Source of the DNA: Candidatus Omnitrophota bacterium
GTDB lineage: Bacteria > Omnitrophota > Gorgyraeia > Gygaellales > Profunditerraquicolaceae
Assembly (NCBI GenBank): GCA_016208765.1
Contig: JACQXK010000032.1
Location: forward strand, 118,385 to 182,384
Direction: 5' to 3'
Length of the DNA: 64,000 nucleotides
The notes beneath the pieces were generated by a model. It ran no database searches. It was not told the origin of the DNA and saw only the letters and a list, made by a program, of their open reading frames with translations. Shown piece by piece: positions 49,843-62,560 of this stretch (within the stretch, counting starts at the first letter, position 1; every line of letters begins with the position of its first letter). Position numbers and translations under genes: made by a program.

Positions 49843-50853
49843 CTATTTCTTTTTTGCGATAACAACAAAAAATCCGCCGTTTTTACTGCCTCCTGTTGAC
49901 ATGGCTATTTCAGAGAACAAAATCTCTAAGACGTGGCTTGGGGCTTCTGATAAAAAAGCGTTCTTAGAAACACCAGGGCTTCCAAAAAGCTTAAATCTTG
50001 GATAGCTTTTTACAAAAGAAAATCCGTAATCATTCAACCAGCCAAAAACTTCCCTGAGAGTATGCTTTGATTCCCTTGGGTGCTTATATTGATCGTAAAG
50101 CCAAATCTTTTTCTTTAAAGGGCTGATTTTCTTATCACCCAAAATCGGATCCAATGAATAAAAACGCTCACCGGTAAGTTTAAAAATAACCTGCCTAAAA
50201 TTAGTTATAAGCCTACCGTATTTATGATACAGGCCTATGAGAATATAACCTCCTGGTTTCACCAACCTTGATATTGCTCTAAAACCAGCCTTTGGATCTG
50301 CAGTATGATGCAGGACACCCTTAGAAATAACCAAATCAAAGGTATTTTCTTTAAAAGCCGGATAAAACAAATTCATTTGCAGAAAATGTGCGCCATCAAT
50401 TCCCGCCTTCTCTTTAAATTTTTGGCCCAACTTCAAAGAATTTACACAAATATCTGTTCCAATTACGCTTCTTCCTCTTAAAGAAAGAAAGTTAGTCAGC
50501 TGTCCAGTTCCACAACCACACTCAATAATCTTGGCCTCAAGAGGCACTGAAGCGTCTAATAATCTTTCAAACGGCCCTTCATTAAGACGCCTTGTTAAGC
50601 TATTCCCGTCACTTAAATTATCATAATTTGGAAAAGGATTTTCTTCATAGAATGATTTAACTGTATCTGTAGCTACGTCTCCGGCATTCCTGTCTTCTTC
50701 CTTATAGAATAAAGAAGGGATGTCATCAAAAAAACCATAAACATTATTACATGAATTACAAATAAACCCATTGTCCTTAAATATTATATCTTTTTGACAT
50801 TTAGGACAACATAGCAAATCAACATTCTCTTTAAAAAAACCAAAATTTACCAT
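49843..50853 (-). CDS. Class I SAM methyltransferase with Trm112-like Zn-ribbon
   Basis: LCCPKC...CNSC...DIPSL, FYEENPFPNY, ECGCGTGQ, GVLHHT, DQYKHP.E..H. Start moved to MVNF (50853). Confidence 0.88.
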   Translation of the reverse strand: MVNFGFFKENVDLLCCPKCQKDIIFKDNGFICNSCNNVYGFFDDIPSLFYKEEDRNAGDVATDTVKSFYEENPFPNYDNLSDGNSLTRRLNEGPFERLLDASVPLEAKIIECGCGTGQLTNFLSLRGRSVIGTDICVNSLKLGQKFKEKAGIDGAHFLQMNLFYPAFKENTFDLVISKGVLHHTADPKAGFRAISRLVKPGGYILIGLYHKYGRLITNFRQVIFKLTGERFYSLDPILGDKKISPLKKKIWLYDQYKHPRESKHTLREVFGWLNDYGFSFVKSYPRFKLFGSPGVSKNAFLSEAPSHVLEILFSEIAMSTGGSKNGGFFVVIAKKK

Positions 50854-50872
50854 GATTAAGTTATTTCTAGAT

Positions 50873-51007
50873 TTACCATAAGGTATAAATATTATCTTTG
50901 AGCTCATTTTCTTCAACTTTATCTTTTTTTGAAAGAAAATGAAAAATAATAAGTCCGCTAATTAACAACAATCCCAAAATTACAATTAACAAAGTCCATC
51001 CAGACAT
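50873..51007 (-). CDS. 44-aa single-TM small protein ending DNIYTLW
   Basis: Below the ORF-track cutoff. AAGGAG RBS, ATG at 51007, MSGWTLLIVILGLLLISGLIIFHFLSKKDKVEENELKDNIYTLW*. Fills the operon gap. Confidence 0.75.
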   Translation of the reverse strand: MSGWTLLIVILGLLLISGLIIFHFLSKKDKVEENELKDNIYTLW

Positions 51008-51058
51008 AAATTTACTCCTTCCACTAAAAACTATCCCTCAAATCAATAAAAATAAATA

Positions 51059-53332
51059 TTAAAATATACTACTCAACCCGTTACTATCAATAACCTCAAC
51101 CCTAATTCGGTAGTTTCCCTTCTGCACTCCTCTTTCATCCGAAAGATCATCGTTGACCCAAGAAGAACCATTATAGAAACTTGATTTTGTACCATTACTG
51201 GCAAGCTTCACTTTACCAGAAACCCGATAATCTCCTTTTTCTAAATAATTATAAATGGATGTCTCAAAATCTGTCTTTGCAAAAAGAGGTCCTACAAAAT
51301 ATTCTTGATTATCAAGAATTGGGTAATCACCGTACATCTTTAAAACGCCTGCTTTTGTTTTGACATCCGGTTTATGCTCAAGCTCAATCTTAACATTTCC
51401 GCCTCTTTCTAACAAAGATAAATCTATGGGAATAGAAAACCACCTGCGCATCAAAGAAGAATCTTTTACAACATAATCGTAAGCGAAGAAATTATAACCC
51501 TTACCATCAATAGGCAATTTTCTGTTAAACCTCTTCACCTCCTGAGCGTTAACCGAAACAATCAATTCTCCAAAAGGAATAAAATCTTGTTGAAGATCAA
51601 TTAACAAATTGGCTCTTTTTGCTCCAATCAATTTGTCGCGGCCAATCACTATCTCCTGAGATACCTTTTTGCCTTTATCAAGGGTAATAAACCACTCTTG
51701 CCATGACCGGTTAAATCTAATCCCATCAGTATAAGCCCATGAATTAAAGATAAGAAGATAACATAATGAGCAAGAAATTAATACGGCAATTCTCTTTGCT
51801 TTGGATAAATTAGATAAAAGGATGCTCAGACCAAACAAAAACAAAATTACACTAATATTCTTTATTCCGAGATTAATTAAGAACGCTGTAAATGGCCTAA
51901 ACTTTCTAAAAAAGATCAGCAAAATAGGAACAGTTAAATATTGAGAAACTATATACAGACACAAGGCCGTAAACAACATTAACAAAGTTTTGTTTTTATT
52001 TTTATGGCGGAGCTTACAAAATAACTCCCATAAATAAAAACAAGTAACTATTGAAATTATAAACAACGAAGGAATAATAGGTAAAAGATAGCGCGGGTCT
52101 AAAACAATTAGGCTATTAATCAGCACCAAATAAAGAATAGGAATAGCTAAGAATATAGATAGAGGGGTCAAATAGCAGCTTAAAATCAGGCTCACAGGTA
52201 ATAAAAAGGCCAGAAACCTGAGAAATGAATCAAATAGAAAATTGGCTTGATCCGGCCACCAGAATATAGTTGAATTCCACCAATGATTAGCAATTTTAGA
52301 TAAATAAAGAGTAACAAAACCTGGGATATCTTTAGCAACTGCGCCCAAAAAAGCCTTGTAACAAATTAGATTTGGAGGATTTATCTGTCCACCCCAACTA
52401 AATCCTTGATTCTTTAACCAAGCGATTAATTGTGGGCCAAGATTAGCCCTATCCGCATCACTAAAATAAAACCAACCAACAACATCATTATTCATAGACA
52501 TGGCCAAATCACTTTTAACCAAAGAAAGTGGGCCGGAGAAATTATTTAACGTTGTTCCAAATTTATGCGATTCTAAAGAAGAAAAATAAGTCCAAATAAG
52601 AAATGGAATTAAAAAACCAGCAAAAATTAATATAATCTTGCCAGGCACGACTATCTTTTTCTTACTAAACTTAAAAAGCAAAGTGAGCCCAAGAAACAAG
52701 AAAATGTAAAGATGCATAAATGCCAAACGCCCGGTAGATAGTAAAAAAAGACTTATACCAGATAAAAAGAGGGTCACTCTTGAATTATCAAACAGCCCCC
52801 TAAGTAACAAGTATACCGTAACCACCAAAAGAAAAGTTACTATGGTTTCCTGCATAAGCAAAGACGCAAATTCTATAAAAGGCAGGTATATTACACACAA
52901 AAAAGCAGCAATAATACCGACCTTAAAACTGAATAAACGCCTGCCCAGCAGGAATACGATCACGCAGGTAAGAGAACTTAATAAAGCCTGGAAAATAAAT
53001 ATTGAAAAGAAGTTATTTTCACCGAATAGAATAAATAATAAAGCATAAAGCAAAGGCTGAATCAAACCTGTGCGGAAAACAGTTATTGGCGCAACAATCC
53101 CATATTTACTTAAAACATCCTGCCCGGAGCCGAGATTTCCTTTTAAAAGCTCGCGGAAAAATATCGGAAGCTTTGATAAAACACTATAAACCTCATTGGT
53201 TGAAGAAAGATACAGCTCTGGATCAGAACCAGGAAGTATCGTCTTCTGATAAGTAGAAAGTCCCGAGCCTAACCTAAATGATAACGCCAATAAGAAAATA
53301 ATAATTGGAAATAAAGTTTTTCTAAAACTCAT
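51059..53332 (-). CDS. GT-C (PMT/ArnT-like) membrane glycosyltransferase with large C-terminal soluble domain
   Basis: SDPELY near the N-terminus, QALLSSLTC...LF...GIIAA, LMQET, PRYLLP; about 13 TM segments, then a hydrophilic domain. Confidence 0.75.
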   Translation of the reverse strand: MSFRKTLFPIIIFLLALSFRLGSGLSTYQKTILPGSDPELYLSSTNEVYSVLSKLPIFFRELLKGNLGSGQDVLSKYGIVAPITVFRTGLIQPLLYALLFILFGENNFFSIFIFQALLSSLTCVIVFLLGRRLFSFKVGIIAAFLCVIYLPFIEFASLLMQETIVTFLLVVTVYLLLRGLFDNSRVTLFLSGISLFLLSTGRLAFMHLYIFLFLGLTLLFKFSKKKIVVPGKIILIFAGFLIPFLIWTYFSSLESHKFGTTLNNFSGPLSLVKSDLAMSMNNDVVGWFYFSDADRANLGPQLIAWLKNQGFSWGGQINPPNLICYKAFLGAVAKDIPGFVTLYLSKIANHWWNSTIFWWPDQANFLFDSFLRFLAFLLPVSLILSCYLTPLSIFLAIPILYLVLINSLIVLDPRYLLPIIPSLFIISIVTCFYLWELFCKLRHKNKNKTLLMLFTALCLYIVSQYLTVPILLIFFRKFRPFTAFLINLGIKNISVILFLFGLSILLSNLSKAKRIAVLISCSLCYLLIFNSWAYTDGIRFNRSWQEWFITLDKGKKVSQEIVIGRDKLIGAKRANLLIDLQQDFIPFGELIVSVNAQEVKRFNRKLPIDGKGYNFFAYDYVVKDSSLMRRWFSIPIDLSLLERGGNVKIELEHKPDVKTKAGVLKMYGDYPILDNQEYFVGPLFAKTDFETSIYNYLEKGDYRVSGKVKLASNGTKSSFYNGSSWVNDDLSDERGVQKGNYRIRVEVIDSNGLSSIF

Positions 53333-53342
53333 CGCTAATCCT

Positions 53343-56407
<3,065 letters not shown>

Positions 56408-56409
56408 TT

Positions 56410-57150
56410 TTAATATTTTTGCGCATAAATCAATAGCGATCCTGCGATCTCCCTTAAAACCGGGATCTTCTCAATTACCTTTTCTATAAGACAAACAAAA
56501 CTAATTAGTCTTTGCGGAGTCACCGGATGAAGGAAATCAAAAGGAAAAACCGCTATATTAATAAACCCGCTTTTCTTAAGCTTGTTATTCAGATGCCATC
56601 TTACAAAGGCAGACTCACTGTCAACATCCCCACAAATCCGCTTTAAGAAAATAATATTCTTTACCAGGAATATTTGCGGATTAAGCATATTAGGTTCAGA
56701 AAAAACTAACTTTCCATTTTGCTTTAAAAGCATAAATATTCCTTTTAAGGCCGTATCAATGTTTAAATGATGCAGAATTGACACTCCTGTAATAGTATTA
56801 AATGAATTATCTTTAAAAGGCATAGCCTCAGCATCTGCGACAACAAAATATACATTTTTATTCTGAAGTTTACTTTTTGCTTGTTTTATTAAATCCAAAG
56901 AAATATCCATAGATACCAATTTCTTAATTCCTTTTTCCTGAAGACGAACAGTAAATTCACCCGTCCCACAACCTAACTCTAAGGCCACATCGGATAAAAC
57001 AAGCTCTCCTAATTTAAAAAGATAATTTGCCCTTCTTTGCGCTCTTTTTTCTCCGGCAATACCAGCCCATCCCCAAACTATCTCAGCACGATCTTTTATT
57101 TTTGCGCCGTGTGCAATCTCTAGGAATTTCTTATTAGAAATATCTTTCAT
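56410..57150 (-). CDS. Class I SAM methyltransferase
   Basis: LELGCGTG, DAEAMPF, SILHHL, EPNMLNPQI, DFLHP. Confidence 0.88.
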   Translation of the reverse strand: MKDISNKKFLEIAHGAKIKDRAEIVWGWAGIAGEKRAQRRANYLFKLGELVLSDVALELGCGTGEFTVRLQEKGIKKLVSMDISLDLIKQAKSKLQNKNVYFVVADAEAMPFKDNSFNTITGVSILHHLNIDTALKGIFMLLKQNGKLVFSEPNMLNPQIFLVKNIIFLKRICGDVDSESAFVRWHLNNKLKKSGFINIAVFPFDFLHPVTPQRLISFVCLIEKVIEKIPVLREIAGSLLIYAQKY

Positions 57151-57172
57151 AGCATCCTTTATGCAGAAAAAA

Positions 57173-58771
57173 TCAAAAAGCCATCAAACATTCTATATTA
57201 TAAATCTTAATAAACCTTGTGCGCGGATCAGAAATTATCTTATTTATTGTCTTATGATTATATAAATCAGTTAAATGCACATACGAATTAGATAATGTAT
57301 TCTCAAAAACTGCTTCGGGCTTCAGAGAATTTGTTATTTCACCAATAAAACCTTGGCCATATTTTGAATAAAGCACATTATAATCTACCACTAATATTTT
57401 TATACCCGCTTGTTTAGTCATCTTCATCAATTCAGCTAAATTAGCCGGCCTTTCATAAGGTTTATAAGCTATCCTTCCGGCATAAGCGCGAAAAACTGCT
57501 TCATTATCTAAAACAAAAATGCTAGTATACCCTCTTTTATTTATATAACTAGCGGCCTCTTTATAACCAGAATATAAATGCGGCTTCTTATAAACATTAA
57601 AGAAGCCGTAACTTAATATGAGTAAAACTAATAAGTAAATAACCCGGATGTTTTTTACATTCATAAACAACCTGGCAATAATAATTGAGCTGAAAAATAA
57701 ACTGATAGAAACAGTCCTGCTTAAATTCTCTCCAGAATATGTCAACAAACTGAAGGCCAAAAAAGGCAAAATAGTTATTAAAAAAATGTAAATGTCTGCT
57801 TCCTTATTCTTCTTAAACACATCTATCGCTAACCTTATTATCCCGTAAAATAAAATTAGCGATAAAATCGGACCTTCAATTATCCAGAAATATTTTAAAA
57901 ATACCCAGCTGTTTTGAAATGAAAAGACCATAGGTTCTCCAGCAGCAAGCCTCTCAGATAGCTGCTGAAAATAAGTCCTGAAAGGAAGATACTTATTAAC
58001 CAAAAGCAGGATTTTATAAGGGGCCTGAAATGATACTATTGGAATAAGGCAAAAACTGATGAAAACAAAATTTCTTTTTACCAGGTTATAAAAATTAATT
58101 TTATGCATAGTAAGCCTTAAAAAATCAAAGAAAACTATGCTAAGCGGAAGGAATACCCACCTCCATTGGTTACAGGTAAAAGCATACCCAACGGCAAATC
58201 CTGAAAGCGCAAGAAAAAGCACACCTCTTCTTTGAATGCTTAGGAGATAACAATAAAAGCCTATAAGAAAAAATACTGCTCCTACCATTTCCGGCAGTGC
58301 TATAGTAGAATAATATATGTGGTAAGAAGATACAGCAGCTAAAGACGCTGAAATTAACCCTAACCATTTATTGTATAGATGTTGGGTAATTAAGAAAATC
58401 AAGAATATATTTATAATACCAAACATAACAGAAACAAGGATCAGCGTACGATCATTAACCCCAGCCGCAAGAGAGAACAAGAATAGCACTAAATTATATC
58501 CGGGCTTGCCGGTTATCAAGGGAATCCCATTAGTTTCTGATTTTAGCCTTCCAAAGTCTATTGCCTTATCAAGCCCGTTAATCATAATATATCTAAAGCC
58601 TTCGTTTAAGAATCTGGTCTCAGAAAAATACAATCCTTCATCATAATGAAACAACCCTCTGTCTTTAGCAGAATAACAACGAAAAAAATAACCGGAAATT
58701 AAGATTAATAATAGAAATATTAATACTACCCCATTACTTCCACTAAATGTTTTCTTATTCATCTGTATCAT
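57173..58771 (-). CDS. GT-C (PMT/ArnT-like) membrane glycosyltransferase
   Basis: HYDEGLY, KPGY, HIYYS...LPE; multi-TM. Confidence 0.8.
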   Translation of the reverse strand: MIQMNKKTFSGSNGVVLIFLLLILISGYFFRCYSAKDRGLFHYDEGLYFSETRFLNEGFRYIMINGLDKAIDFGRLKSETNGIPLITGKPGYNLVLFLFSLAAGVNDRTLILVSVMFGIINIFLIFLITQHLYNKWLGLISASLAAVSSYHIYYSTIALPEMVGAVFFLIGFYCYLLSIQRRGVLFLALSGFAVGYAFTCNQWRWVFLPLSIVFFDFLRLTMHKINFYNLVKRNFVFISFCLIPIVSFQAPYKILLLVNKYLPFRTYFQQLSERLAAGEPMVFSFQNSWVFLKYFWIIEGPILSLILFYGIIRLAIDVFKKNKEADIYIFLITILPFLAFSLLTYSGENLSRTVSISLFFSSIIIARLFMNVKNIRVIYLLVLLILSYGFFNVYKKPHLYSGYKEAASYINKRGYTSIFVLDNEAVFRAYAGRIAYKPYERPANLAELMKMTKQAGIKILVVDYNVLYSKYGQGFIGEITNSLKPEAVFENTLSNSYVHLTDLYNHKTINKIISDPRTRFIKIYNIECLMAF

Positions 58772-58785
58772 TCCATAAACAAATC

Positions 58786-59985
58786 CTAAGACGATTTCCT
58801 GTCTCTACCTATCAGGCTAAATTTCTCGCTGAATAATAATATTATTTTATAAAAAAACCCGTAAGTAATAATTTGCGCTCCTAGTAAAACTAGGAAACCT
58901 CCAACCAAAATATACACCCAATGAGTCAATATTTTACCTGCATGCACATATTCACTTATCGGACCAATATTTATCAAAACTCCAAACATGGACATAATAG
59001 CGCCTATTATCAAAAAACTTCTCGGGCAGAATAATGATTTAAGCCACCTACTTCTTACTTTCCCTAAGAAGATCTTCTGGCTATTCATTACCGCCGCCAT
59101 CTCGCTTCCTAAGAATCCTAATATTATGAAATTAAAGCCTACCAAACAAAAAACAACAATGGAAATTAACCTATAAATGAAATCTTCTTCTATCCTCCCA
59201 TAATATAAATAATAAAATATGGGCTTAAATGAATACATTATTGCAATACAAATTAAGAATATTCCGATACTTGAAAGAAATTTCAATGGTTTATAGAAAA
59301 GTATGGCTTCAAAAATAACCCTTAAGAAACGAATACCATCCTTGCATATACGTAATTTTGATGCCCCCACCCTCTCCTTATATGGCATAGGAATCTCAAT
59401 AATTTTTACTTCTTTATTCATTACTGCCTTACAACTCATGGCAGGAGTAAAATGCAAACCATCAGGCAAAGGATATAATTTTTCTAAGACACCCCTTTTA
59501 AAAACCCTCATACCGCTTGCCGAATCAATGATTTTAGAATTTCCGAAGAAATTAATTATAAAAGCAAATAATTTATTCCCAATCATCCTAATTTTAGGCA
59601 TTTGGCTATCCACGCCTAAACGAGACCCCAAAGCAATATCCGCATCCTGAACATGCAATACTTTAATTAATTCCAGAAAAAACAGCGGATCGCAGGTACC
59701 GTCTGCATCTATAAAACCTAACAAATCACCGCTTGCGTGTAAAAACCCTTCTTTTAAAGCAGTTCCATATCCTTTATTAATAGAATTATCAATTAAAATT
59801 ACTCCTAAATACCTTCGCACTATCTCAGGAGTATTATCCTTAGAACCATCATTAACTATAATTATTTCTACTTCATTGTATTTGGTTAATTTAACAATCC
59901 TGTCTTTAGCAGATAAAGTTCTTTCAATAGTATCTCCTATCGCCTTCTCCTCATTATAAGCTGGGATAATAATTGAAAATTTCAT
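58786..59985 (-). CDS. GT2 polyprenol-phosphate glycosyltransferase with C-terminal TM helices
   Basis: IIIPAYNEE, VNDGSKD, NKGYG.ALK.G, FIDADGT, DSASGMRVF, Y.ERVG.SKL. Confidence 0.9.
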   Translation of the reverse strand: MKFSIIIPAYNEEKAIGDTIERTLSAKDRIVKLTKYNEVEIIIVNDGSKDNTPEIVRRYLGVILIDNSINKGYGTALKEGFLHASGDLLGFIDADGTCDPLFFLELIKVLHVQDADIALGSRLGVDSQMPKIRMIGNKLFAFIINFFGNSKIIDSASGMRVFKRGVLEKLYPLPDGLHFTPAMSCKAVMNKEVKIIEIPMPYKERVGASKLRICKDGIRFLRVIFEAILFYKPLKFLSSIGIFLICIAIMYSFKPIFYYLYYGRIEEDFIYRLISIVVFCLVGFNFIILGFLGSEMAAVMNSQKIFLGKVRSRWLKSLFCPRSFLIIGAIMSMFGVLINIGPISEYVHAGKILTHWVYILVGGFLVLLGAQIITYGFFYKIILLFSEKFSLIGRDRKSS

Positions 59986-59989
59986 TTTA

Positions 59990-61198
59990 TTATTTTTTGA
60001 CGAAGACTTTACCTTTCAGATAAACAAGAGCGCTTGCTGCAAATATAATCAAAAACGGCATTATTGGATATCTATATCTTATTGAAGAAATAGTAATTAA
60101 GGAAATTACATTTAAATAAATAATTAAAAAAAACAAAAGACAACTCTTGGCAAGACTATTTGAAAAGGCCAAAAATATACCCAAAACAGCTAAAATCATA
60201 ATTGGAACATATAACAGACTCATAAGCAGCTTATTAAGAAAACGCGCATCAGCATAAAATGGCCTCCACATATTTACCATTTTTCTCCAGCACAACCATA
60301 AAAATCTTTTTGGATTATGAGATATAAATTCAATTGCTTTTTTAGTCAATTCTCTATCCGACTCAACAGTAAAAAGCTTGCCAGAATCTTGTGGAACAAA
60401 CTGATCCTGCCCCCACTTGGTCCAACCGCCTGTTCCCCCTGTTGCTAAATGATTATTGCCTAGATAAAGAAAAAGCCCTGTTTCCAGTGTGCCAGGAATA
60501 AAAGTTTTATAAATAGTATAATTTCTAAAAGCCCAGGGGGAAATAACTAATGAAAACCCAACTAAAACAAACAATAAAGCTTTGATTAATTTATTAATTT
60601 TATTTGTATAGATGATTAACAACCAGATAAAAACAAAAACAATAAAGGGAAAAATGACACTCCTGCATAAAGCAGCAATCCCTAATAATAAAGTAGCTAC
60701 AAACAAATAGTTATTATTTCTAAGATTATAATAACGAAGATAAAAATATACACTACTTAGCAACAAAAAGGTAAAGAAGGATTCAGTAACTAAATAAGCG
60801 GGCATATAGATAAAAGGGTAGTAAATTACGCAAATTATGGCAGCAACTATTCCACACCTCTTATTAAAGGCTTCTAAGCCTATCAGATATACTAAAATAC
60901 AGCTGATAGCGCTAAGAGCGGATTGAATAAATCTTACCGCTACAAAAGAGTGGCCAAAAATAAAGTAAACAACCGCGAGAAAAAAAGGATACACCGGAAC
61001 TCTACGTGCATAAAGGCCATCATCAGTAACCATACCCTTGCCTTCTAAAAAGTTAACTGCTATCTGATCATAACTGCTTTCGTCAGCCGCATAGAAATTA
61101 TCAGATAACATCTGCCCATTATTATAAAAGAGCAAAAAACCCACCCGAAGCAATAAAGCAAAAGTAAATATTAATAACAAAAATCCTCTGCTTTTCAA
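59990..61198 (-). CDS. GT-C (PMT/ArnT-like) membrane glycosyltransferase
   Basis: ADESSY, RVPVYPFFLA, TESF, PWAFRNY, GNN, RYRYP. TTG start overlaps the upstream stop. Confidence 0.82.
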   Translation of the reverse strand: MKSRGFLLLIFTFALLLRVGFLLFYNNGQMLSDNFYAADESSYDQIAVNFLEGKGMVTDDGLYARRVPVYPFFLAVVYFIFGHSFVAVRFIQSALSAISCILVYLIGLEAFNKRCGIVAAIICVIYYPFIYMPAYLVTESFFTFLLLSSVYFYLRYYNLRNNNYLFVATLLLGIAALCRSVIFPFIVFVFIWLLIIYTNKINKLIKALLFVLVGFSLVISPWAFRNYTIYKTFIPGTLETGLFLYLGNNHLATGGTGGWTKWGQDQFVPQDSGKLFTVESDRELTKKAIEFISHNPKRFLWLCWRKMVNMWRPFYADARFLNKLLMSLLYVPIMILAVLGIFLAFSNSLAKSCLLFFLIIYLNVISLITISSIRYRYPIMPFLIIFAASALVYLKGKVFVKK

Positions 61199-62558
61199 CT
61201 TTGCCTCAACACTGCTTCTTGATTATTTAACTGTGATTGATTGTATAAGAATAAATATGCAACTAATGCCGCTAGTGCCCAAAATGGCTCGGCAATTCTT
61301 ACAATATAGAAAGTAATATTACCGAATGAATGTATTAATAATCCTATAACCACAACTAAAAAACCAAGGCCCATGCCCTTCATCCAATCAGCTGATTCCT
61401 TGAATATTGCAATTCCCATTTTAAAAAGCCTAACAATCAACCAGAAAAATAGAGATAAACCGATTAAGCCTGTTTCTATCATAATTCTTGCATACTGACT
61501 ATCAAGCACTCCGCCTGCTGCAGTAATCCCGCCCCCAAAAATTGGATAAGCTTTAACATATCCCCAAGCTTTTTTAAAAGCAAAGAACCTTTCCCATATA
61601 ACGTTCTTTCAATTACTGCTCTTGACAGTATAAAAAGGCTCAAGATAGCAAAGATTACAAGTGTAGCAATTAACCACTTCTTTCTGCTTATGATAGCAAC
61701 TGCCACGAGAATCGCTAAAGTGGCGTAATATGCTGAACGCGCAAAAGAAAACATAATAGGAAAAGGAAGGAGCAATAATAAAACACCAGAGAGCTTTCTT
61801 AATACGCCTGCCTTAGAATAAATAAATAAACTGAGTGCAATCCCGAAGAAAATAGCAAGATAGGCCCCTAAGGTATTAGGCTCAGGCTTTCCCTCAAATG
61901 GTGCTGTAAGACGATTTGAAGTAAAGATTTCTGTTTTAGGAATCTGCAAAGTTGCATATATTCCCACAATAAGAGCAGTAATTAATAAAACATGCAAAAC
62001 AAATTTTACCTCACTAATATTGTTCAAGTTATTTACAATTAAGAAATAAATCGCAAAAAACTCAATTATCTTAAGATTTGTAAAAATACAAAAACTTACA
62101 TCAACCCAGCCTGAGGAGATCGCCCTAAATGAACAAATAATGTTCCAAATTATTATTGAAAAAATCGGCAGGTTCAAAGGAGTCTTAATAAAGAAATTCT
62201 TTTGAACACCCATAGCCAGCCTGCCAAGCCAAGCCAGCATTAAGATTATAATCAAAGTATCTTCAGTTCTTATGGTAAAACCCCTGTACTGCGAAAATGG
62301 CAAGTCAATCTCCGGAGATAACAAAAAAGCGAATATAATCAAAACAAAACCAATGCGAATATTAATAAAAGAAAGTAAGAAAAACCCCAAAAGGAATATT
62401 ATTCCAACTGTATAAGCTGGAGAAAGGTCACGCAATGAAATAAAAAACGCCCCGATAAAAACGATTGCAAGGCCAGCAATCATAATAACATTGCGTTTAT
62501 GCTGTATCTGATTAACTTCAGTTACCGATAATTCTCTTACTGGAACAACTGGCGGCAT
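61195..62558 (-). pseudogene. O-antigen ligase/Wzy-like gene split by a frameshifting deletion near 61600
   Basis: The first frame (RLTAPFEG..EPNTLGAYL, FSFARSAY...RAVIERTLY) continues in another frame as IWERFFAFKKAWGYVKAYPIFGGG...DSQYARIMIETG, which is the ligase C-terminal half. Could also be an assembly error. Confidence 0.75.
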
Positions 62559-62560
62559 AT

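Noticed and set aside
61590-61610. Programmed ribosomal frameshift in the split ligase gene
   Set aside because: No slippery heptamer at the junction, and comparison with the paralogue indicates missing sequence rather than a simple frame change.
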